Assembly: GCF_006345805.1 (NCBI RefSeq)
Contig: NC_043006.1
Location: 59,582,001-59,646,000 of the forward strand
Direction: 5' to 3'
Length of the DNA stretch: 64,000 bases
Source of the DNA: Octopus sinensis
Taxonomy: Eukaryota
Below, one piece after another: positions 11,784-24,752 of the stretch. The notes under the pieces are model-generated. The model ran no database searches. It was not told the DNA's origin and worked only from the letters and a program-made list of their open reading frames with translations. Position 1 is the first letter of the stretch. Each line of letters begins with the position of its first letter. Both the position numbers and the translations under genes were made by a program.

Positions 11784-13476
11784 CATACCTCCCTATTCGT
11801 CGTTAATTGGTTTTCCAGGAGACACGACTTAATTACCATTCCCAGTTCTGTACTTTATTTATGAATGCATTTTCAACAAGACATGGTTAATAAAAATTCA
11901 TTTTAAGCGAACAATTAAATAATTTTTATTTTTTGATTGAGTACAATGAAAAAAAATTAGTCTAAATTTACGAAAACAATTTGGCGGTATTCACCGCACA
12001 TCGCAGACGCTCTATCATGCATGCGGTCTGCAATAAGACATGGTAAAATAACATCCTTTTTTAAGCTTAAAAAACAAATTCAGTAATTATTATTATTTTG
12101 CAATAAAAAAAAAAAAAAGATTATTTTAAATTTACAAATACGTTCGTACAATTTGGTAGTTTACATCGCGGATGTAGATTGCTATGGATCGTCAACATCA
12201 ACAGTAACTCTGTTCTTGTTCGATGTGCTTAAAAACACGGTTGAGAGTTCCTTGAGCTGTCTTCTTTTTCTCGAGGATTACATTATAAGGAGCAAAAGCT
12301 TCGTGACAAGCCCCCATAATCTTGGAAAACCGTTGAGCATTTTGGATTCATATCCTCGAACATAGGAAGAGCTTTTTCGATATATGCAAATGCTTGCTGC
12401 ATTTTCTTAATGCTAAAGTGACGTGGCTCACGTTCGACTTCCTCTTCTTTTTTATTTTATTGCTCGTGAAGCTCTATCAAATCTTCGTTCGTTAGGGGCT
12501 GCTTGTCTTTTTCAAATAAATCTGTGAAATATCCTCCTCCAAATTCATTTTCAGTTTTTTGCTCATAGTCACCAACGTTTTGTTGAATGCAACATTATCA
12601 AACCCCTTTAAATAATTCACGAATTGCGGGCATAGCTTCTTCCATATGCCATTCATAGCCGTGCTCTGTACATTATTCCATGCCGTACAGCCTTGTAGGT
12701 ATCGTATCTCCTCCAAAAGTCACGAAGTGTGATGGACTCTTCAAGATCAGTTGCAGCTATTGCTTGTCGCAGCGTACGCTTCATATAGTAACGTTTGAAG
12801 ATAGAAATTATTCCCTGATCCATTGACTGCTGAAGAGACGTGGTGTTCGGAAGGAGGTATACGACGGTAACGTTGGGGTCAAAATCTACGATGTTTTGCG
12901 GGTGGTCAGGAGCATTAAGATAAGTAAAACCTTAAAAGGAATCCCTTTCTCCTTATAGTACTTGTCTGCTACTAGGATAAAATGATTGAAGAACCAATCT
13001 TCAGAAACAATAGCAGTAACCCATGCTTTTGAATTAGCCGTCCATATAACAGGGAGAGATGCCTTTGGTATGTTCTTCAGGGCACAGGGGCTGTGTGCAT
13101 AATACACAAGCAATGCCATTAACGTAAAATCTCCTGCACGATTACCTTCCAACATATTAGTCACACGTTCTTTTGAGACCCTGTAGCCTGGAATAGTTTT
13201 CTCCTCCTTCGAAATGAATGAACGGTCTGGCATTTTTTTCCAATACAATCTACGTTAAAATCTGTTCGAGAAGAAACCGTTTTCTTCGGTGATTTTCTTT
13301 AATGCATTAGGAAATTCCGCTGCTACTTGTTCGTAGCACGCTGACGATTCAAGCTAGCAATCCAATGAGAAAGAAGACTTTTTCTTCAAAGATTTTGCCC
13401 CTTTTCTTATTGATGACAGTGTTCTTCATCCCTGGGGCTTCCAGATTAACATGTGCTAAAATCTTGTCCTTATTAG
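11782..13476 (-). mobile_element. Tigger/pogo-type DNA transposon remnant, cut by the assembly gap
   Basis: ORFs 12886-13248 (YWKKMPDRSFISKEEK..SKERVT..LPVIWTANSKAWVT..KVLLIL) and 12492-12716 (AWNNV..NGIWKKLCPQFV) are TIGD1-like. TA-GCATACCTC at ~11781 resembles a Tigger TIR, so the left boundary is tentative. Confidence 0.85.
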
Positions 13477-13576
13477 NNNNNNNNNNNNNNNNNNNNNNNN
13501 NNNNNNNNNNNNNNNNNNNNNNNNNNNNNNNNNNNNNNNNNNNNNNNNNNNNNNNNNNNNNNNNNNNNNNNNNNNN
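13477..13576. other. Assembly gap (100 N)
   Basis: Run of exactly 100 n, which usually denotes a gap of unknown size. Confidence 1.
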
Positions 13577-14026
13577 GAGAAACTAAACTATACCAGTTAG
13601 GTATTGGGGTCGATAACATCGACTAATCCCTTACCCGCGGATATTTTTGTCCTTCTGCCTAAAACCGAAACCATTATGCACTAGTGGTTGATCCATCGTG
13701 GTTGAGCCGATGTATGACCACGTATACTGTGTCTGTGACTGCCAAAACCTCTGATTTATAGTTATGATTGGGTAAAAACTAAGGGAGGTTTAATCACAAT
13801 TTCTGGTGGGGAGAGAGTCCACATAAGATTCCTGATTTATCTCTTTGTTGTTGTTGTTGTTCTTCTTCTTCTTGTTGCTGCTAGTTATGGTGGCGTTGGT
13901 GGTGGTGGCGGTGATGGATGTCGTGATGGTAGCAAATAGTTTTGTCTTAAAATCTTGCTACTGAATCCAATTTCTCTTGCTTTGATATGAAATAGACTTG
14001 AGATGGATATAAAGTATATATATATA

Positions 14027-14067
<41 letters not shown>

Positions 14068-15008
14068 GCGCGTGCGTGCGTGCGTTTGTATATAAGTTTA
14101 TGTACGTATATCTATGTGTGTGTGTGTTAAAACAAAGATTGAAGTTTTTGGCATTATTTTCAGTTCTGTACTTTATATTTGTACATATGAATGTATATAT
14201 TCATATGTATATATTCATATGTATTTGTGTGTGCGTGTGTGTGTGTATGCTTTATGAAGAAAAAAAGAAAACACAGGTATACATACCATAGAAATCCTTT
14301 AGATTGTATTTACCTGTATCTTTAATGATACAGCTAAATTTCATTTCACAGGTTACATCATTTCTAACACTAAATCAAACTGCAGTGTGTATGGATTATC
14401 ACCGGCTAAAATTTTTAAGAACTTCGTAATATGTAAAGCAAAATTATATTAATTATGTGAATTTTATGCATCCTTTGCCTTAAAATTCCTTAACTTCAAA
14501 TTCAAATTTGTAATACCGCCAAATATTATAGTCAATAGATGATGCGCCCTGTAATAACTATGCTCACTATGGGAGAACTAGTGTTTCAAAAATACTAGTT
14601 GTGATTTCGTAAAACTTCCGTTTCAACTGTTAGCGATCGTCAAGGCGTTATCTCACAAATAGGTACCTATTCTACAACATAATGAAGGTCTGTAGTACTA
14701 TAAATTAGCTGCTTGAAACTAGTATCTTCACCTCAAAGACTATTTAAGAAAACGGCGTCTGAAATTTGATTGTGTTTAAAACATGAGTTATAATCCCCTG
14801 GAAACAGTTATCCTGTATGTAATAGAATAAGTTTTGCCACTTTTCTCTCCGTTGCTAAACTACAAACGTTCTACGAAGGAAAAATAAAGGCATTCTACAA
14901 AATTGCTCCAGACTGGCAGTTACATTTAGCTCTTATGAAACGTCTCATTTCATAAAATGTTTTATTATTAAGCTACACATATATAACGAGTGTGTGTATG
15001 TATTACAT

Positions 15009-15067
<59 letters not shown>

Positions 15068-15072
<5 letters not shown>

Positions 15073-15288
15073 CGTGATCACCGTGACCGACCAGGCTATC
15101 AGATGTTTGCTACACATCGCTGGTCACAATGCGCTTTGCATTGTTTTAGCCTTCAAGTGGCGCCACCCCACTGGCGGAGACACGTGGAGCTTCGGGTGTT
15201 TTCGCTCAATAAACACTCACAACACCCGGGTCTGGGAAAACGAAACCGCGAGTCCGCTGCCCTAGCCACTGGGCCATTGCGCCTCCAC
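15068..15288 (-). mobile_element. tRNA-derived SINE, family A head with a different body
   Basis: Same gtggaggcgcaatggcccagtgg..aaaacacc..gctccacg head as 46603, then a distinct body ending in (cacggtgat)2. Confidence 0.8.
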
Positions 15289-15316
15289 ACACCACACATA
15301 TATATCTATTTATATA

Positions 15317-15370
<54 letters not shown>

Positions 15371-15410
15371 TATATATATATATATATCTATAATATAATA
15401 TATATATATC

Positions 15411-15479
<69 letters not shown>

Positions 15480-15544
15480 ATGTATATACATGTGTGTGTG
15501 TGTGTGTGTTTGTGTATATGCATATATATATATGAATGTGGTAC

Positions 15545-15880
15545 TGTTGTGGAAATTAGCTGCCCAGCGGATGTTAACATAAAGCGGAAGATCAGTGAAA
15601 AAGAGGATATGTACGCTTAACTATTAAGAAATCTGCAGTTATTCTATCCTGGTTGCAAGTTCAGGTTTACATCTGTAATTAATGGGACCCTGGGATATGT
15701 GACACACCGCCTAAATACCAATCTTGAGGAATCAGGCTTCTCTAAACCAGAGAAGAGAAAGATGATTCGGAGATTACAAAATCCACGTCATCACTGGAAC
15801 TGTTAAAATCAGTAAAACTTACCATAAGTTTATTCTTTAGGTATAAAGGAACATGTGTAGATATGCTATTATATGCATGT
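15545..15880 (+). mobile_element. RLE retrotransposon family 2, endonuclease/3' end fragment
   Basis: EISCPADVNIKRKISEKEDMY..LLRNLQ..GTLGYV..GFSK..TGTVKI. Homologous to 50450-50760 and 63600-63696. Confidence 0.75.
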
Positions 15881-15978
15881 AAAGACATACATAAAACAAA
15901 ATATACAAATCTGCACGTATAAATACATACATATATACATACATACATACATACATACATACATACATACATACATAC

Positions 15979-16360
15979 AAAAATGCCTTCTTGATGTTGT
16001 TGAAATTCAATGAGGGGCATTGGATCTTTATGTTAGAGACCGGTTCTTTTCTTATTGGCCAAGAAATCGTTGAAATAAAACTAAATGACATACATGCATA
16101 CATACATCCGTTAATACATACATACATACCTACATACATACATATACATACATACATATATACATACATACATACATACATACATACATACATACATACA
16201 TACATACATACATACATACATACAAAAATGCCTTCTTGATGTTGTTGAAATTCCAATGAAGGGGCATTGGATCTATGTTAGAGACCGGTTCTTTCTCTAT
16301 TGGCAAGAAATCGTGAAATAAAACTAAATGACATACATGCATACATACATCCGTTAATAC
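15979..16360 (+). repeat. Tandem duplication of a ~140-bp unit separated by (ATAC)n; copies differ only by small indels
   Basis: 15979-16117 versus 16224-16360. Confidence 0.9.
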
Positions 16361-16385
16361 ATACATACATACATACATACATACA

Positions 16386-16419
<34 letters not shown>

Positions 16420-16892
16420 CATACATGTTATTGGTGCTGTGATCGAATGTGTCTTTTATTTGCTTTTTAAGGCTACAGCCAGCTATTCAGTTGAGACTCA
16501 CAGCACTATCAACAATCATGAACAATGTTGTTATCGTGCAATGCCTGTGCAGGAAGATTTTTTTAAAGTGAGGAAAGGTTGTGCACTGAGTCAATCCCAC
16601 TCACTAAGCAACAGCAGCCATAATCCGAAAAGAAGAACAAGTCAACATCATCGGTAACCACTGAGCCGCAAGTTTTATGTCGGAGTTATCCCAGTTACCT
16701 GAGTTACCTTCTCCTAGAAGGGTGCCCTAACAAAGGCTAGGAGTCCTTCACTCCCAATAGCTTAATCGCGCGATCGGGTATTCAGTCCGATTATTTCTAT
16801 GTCCCCGCGCATTATACATACATACATACATACATACATACATACATACATACATACATACATACATACATACATACATACATACATAAAAC

Positions 16893-17130
16893 TGATGCAG
16901 ATTTTGTGGAGATCATACTGAAGATATCACCCACATCATAAGCAGTGTCCGAAAATGTCATCCCGGTGTTATCTACAAATGAGACATGACGCTGTAGCTA
17001 GGACACTCTATATACAAATCTGCACATGCATAACCCCGAGGGTAAAGACATAAGAACCCACAGTATGGTGGAAGTCATAGTCTTTCATAATAAAAAGGAG
17101 TACTGGTGGAATGTCCTAGTGAAGACCTCA
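16893..17130 (+). mobile_element. RLE retrotransposon family 2, CCHC fragment
   Basis: [33 protein letters not shown] matches 63310-63440. Confidence 0.75.
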
Positions 17131-17137
17131 ATAAAAT

Positions 17138-17430
17138 GGGATCTTTTCGGTTTGAACCTCAGTTTTTAAAAATAATTTCCACGTAACTAAACACTTTTAA
17201 ACTTCGTATACTGGTAGAATGTATTTATAAAACATCTTTTTCTCTTGGCTTTATTGAGAAAATTCTATAGTTTGTAAGATATTTGTTGTTGTTTTTCCTC
17301 AATTTCTGCAATTTCAACCAATCAATGACGTCTATTGAGGTGGAAACATTCTGTGCCGTATGAATATGTCCCTCGTTTAAGAAACAGATTGGGTTTATTT
17401 ACATTTCTGAAGAAAAAAAGATTATCTTCT
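17138..17430 (+). mobile_element. Partial copy of the MITE at 23575-23995
   Basis: Begins gggatcttttcggtttgaac and tracks the 23577 copy for ~290 bp. It lacks the right TIR. Confidence 0.85.
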
Positions 17431-17539
17431 GTCTGGGGGTCAAAAACATGTCTGGAGATTTTTCATTGAAGCCTTCTTTAAAAATAGTTTGATATAGAGT
17501 TCAGTGTTAGAAAGTAAGAGAGGAGGTGTAGTTTTTTTT

Positions 17540-17745
17540 TTTACTACCCACAAGGGGCTAAACACAGAGAGGACAAACAAGGATAGACAAACGGATTAAG
17601 TCGACCCCAGTGCGTAACTGGTACTTAATTTATCGACCCCGAAAAGTCGACCTCGGCGGAATTTGAACTCTGAACGTAACGGCAGACGAAATACGGCTAC
17701 GCATTTCGCCCAGGCGTGCTAACGTTTCTGCCAGCTCGCCGCCTT
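17540..17745 (-). mobile_element. SINE family B
   Basis: Near-complete reverse complement of 46370-46602. Confidence 0.85.
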
Positions 17746-17823
17746 GTTTATTGTCTAAAAGAAATGGTTAAGGTTTCCTGCCAAGGAGTGGCTTAAAAAC
17801 ATTTATTGAATGGGTTTTATATC

Positions 17824-17856
<33 letters not shown>

Positions 17857-18189
17857 TGAATGTCCTTTCAGTAGGTTTGGAATGTGACCAGCTGTATATT
17901 GATAGGTGTGTATTTCATGATGAATGTCTTGTTGAAGAAAGAATTAGGATTTTCCTTTGGGTTATGTGTATTCTTTTGAATGTGTCCACCTGTGTGCATG
18001 TGTGTGGTCACCAGTTGTGTGTATGTGTGTGTGTGTTTGTGTTTGCGATGTTTTCTTTTCTTATGTATGTGTGTATGTTGGTGTGTGTGTGTGTGTGCAG
18101 GCATATATATATATATATGTATGTATGTATATGTATGTGTGTGTGTGTGTGTTAGAAAAAAGATTTAAGTATTGATGGGAAATATTTTT

Positions 18190-19810
18190 CAAAACGATAA
18201 AAAATATAAAATTTTTTTTTTAAGTGTCAGTTGGTAGTGGTTGGGTCTATACTTAATTGTGGTTTATGCTTGTTAATAAACTGCCTTTCTTTATTTAGTC
18301 TTTGTTGTTGGTTGAACGAATCTGTGCATTTGTAGAGGGGAAATATTTAAAAATTTTGTAACACCATTCCTGCACAAATTGCAAAGTGACTGCTTAGAGA
18401 AATATTCCTTGTGTTTTTGTCTCGGATCTGTTGGCGATGGGTCGTCATTCTGTTGCGTAACGATCCGCCCGTCTGACCTATGTAATTATGTTGGCAACCA
18501 TTGCATGTGATTACGTAGATCAGGCTTTCCGGTGAGATTGGACTTAACTTTGAAGGTTTGGCCATCTTTGAATAAAAATTTTGGTCCCTCAATTAAGTAA
18601 CGGCAAGTGCCGCAGTTCGTTCTTCCGCGTTTCGTGACAGTTGGGTTGGGGGGTCCTTTGTGCGTTTTTGCACCAGTGAAAATGAGCTTTGGTGTTTTGG
18701 GTCGCCTTTTGCTTCTGAGGATTTTTTTGTTTTTCTCAGGGAAGATTCTTTGGATAAGTGGGTCCTTCGTTTCCTCTAGTCTTTGTTCACGTTTGGAGGG
18801 TTCTGATACTATGGTACTAATTCGTTTGTACCATACCCAACCTTAAGTGGAAGGAGACGATAACGGAGGCTGTGACGAGTGTTCTGGATATCTTCAGTTT
18901 GGAGCATTTCCATGGGGCCTTCACAAAGTGGGTGGGGCGCTACTGCAAGGGCATTGAAGTCAGAGGATCCTACTTTGAAGGAGATTAGCGTTCTGTACTT
19001 CCGTGAAATTAATAAATGTCCTAAAAGAGTCAAAGCTTCCGGAATGCAGCTTGTATATACGTATCTATATACGTCCGTAAATAGTCCTTCGCGTATTAAC
19101 TCCTTACAGGAGTGTTACTCCTATTTATTCTTGATAGACCCCTAAGCTTGTCATCTCTAGTTATACTATCGCTTTAACACTCATTAACCCTCTTCCTCCT
19201 TCTGATCTTTTCCTGTGTCTATAATATGTATATTGTAGATAAATCATTCTGTTCATTGGAAACTACCCTCTTGTTTTCCGATCGATATCCTTCAGCGTAT
19301 CCTTTCTCTACTCAATAATTTCTGTTCCATACCGTATTGGGGTTTACCCTCGCATTGATTATAAGTAATCAATGCAGTCAGTTGGATTTTCAAATCCGGG
19401 ATTCCCAGATTGCTTCTTCTGCGTTTAATGATTTAATATTTTCGTCATTAAGCAGATATCGATTCCAGTACTTTTTATGAGTTTTCTTCTCTTCATCCCG
19501 ACCATAGCACCGTTTTTACAAGTCATCCCAACATCGATTCTAAATATTTCTACATTTCACGCTAAGGAATTCGGTCACATTGAGTTTATCATGAAGCCTT
19601 AAATTGTTCATAGATAAATGGCCTACTTTTCTCTTGTTCTTTTCTACCAATGAGTATACCTTCCTTAGCTTTGTGTAATATAATTGACAAAGGGATCGAT
19701 AAACAAGATAGGAGAGAGGATGTCCTTGAAATACTTTTTTAATTGGTTTTTCTGTTAATCGGAAAATTTTGTAACACCATTCCCATTCGACAAGTACCCT
19801 CCCCACTTAA
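18190..19810 (-). mobile_element. Penelope-like element with GIY-YIG endonuclease; no recognisable RT
   Basis: RRPKTPKLIFTGAK..NCGTCRYL, LIYVITCNGCQHNYIGQTGGSLRNRMTTH and RLNKERQFINKHKPQL at 18190-18800. The upstream ~1 kb is degraded and its assignment is tentative. Confidence 0.75.
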
Positions 19811-19829
19811 AAATTCTACTCTCCAACAA

Positions 19830-20830
19830 CACTGTATTTTCTAACAGGTATCTAACCATTTGGGACTGAGTCATACGCCTTTCTAAGATCGACCTCCGCG
19901 ATTCATAAATTTGTCAATTTTTTTAACGACCATTTTGTCAATCATTTGTTATTCTTTCGTTCCATTACTCTTTTTTTGACAGCGTTTCTGTTTATCAGGC
20001 ATTAGGTGTTTCTCACATAAATGTTGGTGTACCTCTTCTGCAATTCTCCCTGTTTTGGGGTAACCACAAAATTGGTAAACACATACATTGGTCAGTGAAC
20101 CAAAGCAGCATTACATTTTAGTTAGTCTTTCAGTGTTGGACATAGTCCTCCATTTGTTAACCCTTATTTTTTTTTAGTTGTATCTCTATGGTTTCATTGC
20201 AGGTTATAAACTCTTTCACCCAGAAGCTACGAACCAGATCTAGTTCTGCCCTTTATTATTATTATTCCCACATTTATCCCTAAATAGTTTATTTTCATAA
20301 AAATTTCAGAATTTTACTTTTGACATAATTTTACATATTTTTTATGCCAATCAAATGGGCGCTTCTCTATTGTTTGAAAATGGCGATTGGTTGTATCATT
20401 CTTCGCATTTTCTGATTTTGACAGCTCTTACCTCTACTCTCTGTTTTAGTTCTCCGATTGGTATTCCAGTTCCATTCTTCCTCGCGTGATACATTTCCCC
20501 TATTCTACCTTTCCTTTCTTTCCTTTCTAATTTACCCTGTTTCCACTTGACGAATTTACTTATATCCACTAAGGCCTCTAAGTTTCATTACTATCCACCT
20601 TTTCCATCATGGTATCCGCTGATCCTTCTTTTGTCCTTTCTTTTTCACTGACAATTCTGCAACTACGACTACACCTGCTAACCTCAGTATTTGCATCCTT
20701 AATGTTTTCATAGGTCATTTTATCAATCACGCTGTTTATTTTTGTCTTTTGTTTTTTTCCTAAAGCTTCGTTCTACCTACTGTCTCCTAGTTATCTAATT
20801 CTAAGGCTTCCGTTTCCTTCAATCTCTGCC
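19830..20830 (-). mobile_element. R4/Dong-like element, N-terminal to early RT region
   Basis: GELKQRV..KIRK, GRIAEEVHQHL..CQKKSNGTKE.QMIDKMV, EVDLRKAYDSVP. Homologous to 62270-63130. Confidence 0.7.
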
Positions 20831-20949
20831 TCAGTTCTTGCACTTGTTTTTGTTGGTGTTGGGTGAGTACAGACCCTTTCTGGTACTGTATAGCATTTGT
20901 TTGTATTGAGTCTTTTGTTGTATTAATGTTTGTATAGAATGTGTTTTGT

Positions 20950-21935
20950 ATTTGCTGATTTTTTTTGTTTTTTTTTTTGGCGGGGAGGATGTAACAGTGC
21001 AATTTAATTGCTAGTGTCTTGCGTAGGATGTGGGCTGTTCTTTGCATGATTTTATTTTAGATAGTGTGTCGTGTTCTCTGTCCAGATTTCTATGTTTTTA
21101 GTATTGGTATATTGCCCAGTTGATATGACTACTTACTCGGTCATACCTGTATATATGTATATTCAGATTTGGCAAGGAGTGGACAGCCACAGATAATGTG
21201 GTCAACTGCCTCATTGTGCTGGTTCTGCTCATTCTGCATTTGGTGTTAGGGCCTGTTTTCATTATTTTGCTTTTAATAGTTGTTTGTGCAACGAGAATAA
21301 GTCCTTCAGTTTCTGCTTTTAGTCCAGAGTTTTCGATCCGTTGCTGGCTTTCACTTCGGCTCACTTCTCACTCAAGCCTTGCATGATAACGACCATGGAG
21401 TGATTTTTCTCTCCATTTCTTCTTTAGTATGTTGTAGTTCTGTTTCCATATTGTTTTGTGCATGCGTGTGTATGTGTATGTGTGTGTGTGGTGTGTGTGC
21501 GTGTGCGTGTGTGTCTTTCATAATTTGTCATGTTGTCATGTTGTCATCTGAGATTGGTGCTTCAGTATAGTTTGTATTTGTTTTCTATTTCATCGTCACC
21601 CCGCGCTTAGAGAAAAGTATTTTCTTCCCTTTTTTTTTAATTTTTCGTATTGCTTTATTACATGTAGCAATTGTCCACTTTTTGTTTCTAAGTATTTTTG
21701 TTGTCCAATTGTTGTTATTTTATAATAGTTCTCTATCTGCGTCAGGCCACGGCCTCCTTCTGAGCGGGGCAGATATATTCTGTCTGTGTTTGGTTTGGAG
21801 TGGTAACTTCGGTATGCTCTTAATAGTTTCATAGTTTTTCTATGTAAGTTTCTCAATTCACTAATCTTCCAGTTTATTATGTAATTTATAACAGGCACGG
21901 CTAGCGTGTTTATCACTCTATTATCATCAACGTTG
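20950..21935 (-). mobile_element. R4/Dong-like element, 3' portion
   Basis: INTLAVPVINY..RIYLPRSEGGRGLTQIE, SGLKAETEGLILVAQ..TKCRM, RYDRVSSHINW, TAHILRKTL. Confidence 0.8.
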
Positions 21936-22110
21936 TTGTTGCTGAGTGAGTGAATGAGTGAGTGAATGAGTGAGCGAATGAGTGAGTGAATGAGCAGCAC
22001 ATGCCATCAAAATAACACTAGGGTACAAATACACGAAGCCATCTTGACTATCCGTCTAATAAGAGTACACCAGGCGCACGCAAAACAAACTACATGCATG
22101 TGTGCGACTT

Positions 22111-22341
22111 ATTTCTTTACTGCCCACAAGGGGCTACACACAGAGGTGGCAAACAAGGACAGACAAACGGATTAAGTCATTACATCGACCCCAGTGCGTA
22201 ACTGGTACTTAATTTATCGGCCCCGAAAGGATGAAAGGCAAAGTCGACCTCGGCGGAATTTGAACTCAGAACGTAACGGCAGACGAAATACCGCTAAGCA
22301 TTTCGCCCGGCGTGCTAACGTTTCTGCCGGCTCGCCGCATA
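22111..22341 (-). mobile_element. SINE family B with 10-bp TSD
   Basis: TGTGCGACTT at 22101-22110 and 22342-22351. Confidence 0.9.
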
Positions 22342-22732
22342 TGTGCGACTTGATGACTTCATATCACTTCACCTTTACATTTCGATGTCCTGGATAGATG
22401 TGAGCCCTGCTAGCTTGATTACGGTAGCACTGTATAACCTCCCAAAACTGCTTCATTGAATTTAATTATCTTACCTTCCTAACAATAATTCTGTCGAAAT
22501 CCTTCTGTATCTGTGGCGAAGTTACAGAGTGTTTGAACTTTATTCATTTTATTTTTTACTTTGTCTTTAAGTCCGATCCTCTACAAGGCCTCAATGATTG
22601 GTGAGAGGATGGAAGATATCCCCAAACGAGAGATCAAACTCAAAACTTAGAACAGTGTGGACAATACAAACGGCACTTAAGGCGCCAGGCACATAGACAA
22701 ACAGACAGACAAGCAGATAGATAGATAGACTA

Positions 22733-22770
<38 letters not shown>

Positions 22771-22855
22771 ATAGAAAATGGCAAGACAACAAAAGAATGA
22801 AAGAGACCTCGATATTATGTAAATGAGGAATTTATATTATATTTACAGATATATA

Positions 22856-23251
22856 TCTTTATATATAAAAGTGAAGTTGTGTGTCTGTCTCCTACGATTT
22901 AGATTCCTAACTACTCCCACATTTTGCGGTGCAGTGTAACCAAAAGCGGGTATCTTATAGTCGTGATTCATATCGAGCCCTTCTGGGTATTAGCGCGTGT
23001 CTACTATGAGTCTACGATTTAAAAAAAAAATTACCGTAATTTTTCCTCATTTTTAAAGCATTTTTTGCTATTATATAAGGGAAGTAACTCTCTAAAAATG
23101 TATTATTATTAAATCTCAGAACGTAAAAAGCTACTGTAACACCCCCCTTTGTGGTTAGCCATATTGAGATGGCTATTATACTTTACATCTCTAAAAATGC
23201 TTATATAGTTATTTCCCTTACAAACCAGAGCAAGGCGGGGGATACTGCTAG
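22856..23251 (+). mobile_element. Non-autonomous Helitron (396 bp)
   Basis: A|TCTTTATATATAAAAG 5' end with gtgtgtctgtct. 3' ..gagcaaggcggggg-atactg-CTAG|T. The hairpin is degenerate relative to cccgagcaatgccggg at 6417. Confidence 0.7.
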
Positions 23252-23258
23252 TATATAC

Positions 23259-23496
<238 letters not shown>

Positions 23497-23536
23497 GTGC
23501 AGACAGATAGATAGACAGACAGACAGATAGACAGAG

Positions 23537-23569
<33 letters not shown>

Positions 23570-23574
23570 TGCAT

Positions 23575-23995
23575 GGGATCTTTTCGGTTTGAACGGCAGT
23601 TTTTAACATAATTTCTAGGTAACTAAAAATTTTAAACTTCGTATACTGGTAGAATGTGTTTATAAAACATCTTTTTTTCTTGGCTTTATTGAGAAAATTC
23701 TTTAGTTTGTAAGATATTTGTTGTTTTGTTATCTTCAATATCTACAATTTCAACCAATCAATGACGTCTATTGAGGTAAAAAAAAAACATTCTGTGCCGT
23801 ATGAATATGTCCCTCGTTTAAGACACAGATTGGGTTTATTTACATTTCTGAAGAAAAAAAGATACTCTTCCCCCCCCCTAACCCTAACCCTAAAATAGAT
23901 TGAAATGCAATAGATCGATACTAGGGTCATAATTATGGGTGACAATTTCATATGACACCGCTAGAAAAAACTGCCGTTCAAACCGAAAAGATCGT
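23575..23995. mobile_element. MITE with perfect 28-bp TIRs
   Basis: gatcttttcggtttgaacggcagttttt (23577-23604) and its exact reverse complement (23966-23993). Flanked by TATGCAT on both sides (possible TSD). Internal ctaaccctaaccctaa. Confidence 0.9.
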
Positions 23996-24035
23996 ATGCA
24001 TGCAAACAAACAGACAGATAGATAGTCAGATAGGT

Positions 24036-24097
<62 letters not shown>

Positions 24098-24374
24098 GGA
24101 TGGATGGATGGATGGATGGATGGATGGATGTTGATATTAGAATGTGAAGAGGATGCTGCAAGTATGTAGTATCAACAACCTCAATATAACTAATTATATG
24201 TAATGGGAATATTTTAATGATGTTTCCAATATCGTCAGTAAGACGGGTGATAGTTAGAGATGTGTGTGTAAGAGGGGTGATTAGTTAGTGATACGTCATA
24301 AACACGTGTTTCTCGATCCACTTAACGAACGTGCAACACTAAAATATATCAATGATTTTTACGAACAACAAACG

Positions 24375-24410
<36 letters not shown>

Positions 24411-24720
24411 TTACCACTACCATCATCACCACCGCCACCTCCAGTAGCAGCAACAGCAGTAGCGGTAGTAGTAGTAGTAGTAGTAGATTTTCCAACAGTG
24501 ACCATCCTGTCTTTTTTCCGTATCAGGAACTACATTCTTATTCTTCAGTATATTTTATATAGATTTTTTTTTCTTTTTAATCGTTGAGATTTGAGAGAGG
24601 ATATTTGCCTGCTGTTGTTTCTAGCAGGCGCAGAAACGCCTCTGAAATGTCTCAGCTGTGAGGTTAGGTGGAAGCAGAGTTATTGTAAATCCGTGCGGCG
24701 GCGGCGGCAGCAGCAGTAGC

Positions 24721-24752
<32 letters not shown>

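Noticed and set aside
14340-14430. Possible plus-strand exon after tttcatttcacAG
   Set aside because: Weak donor, unrecognised peptide and no partner exons.
23878-23894. Telomeric (CCCTAA)n
   Set aside because: Only 2-3 units, internal to a MITE.
24212-24245. Minus-strand CTGACGA..GAAACATC hammerhead-like motif
   Set aside because: Only 5 nt between the core boxes (no stem II) and no stem I pairing.
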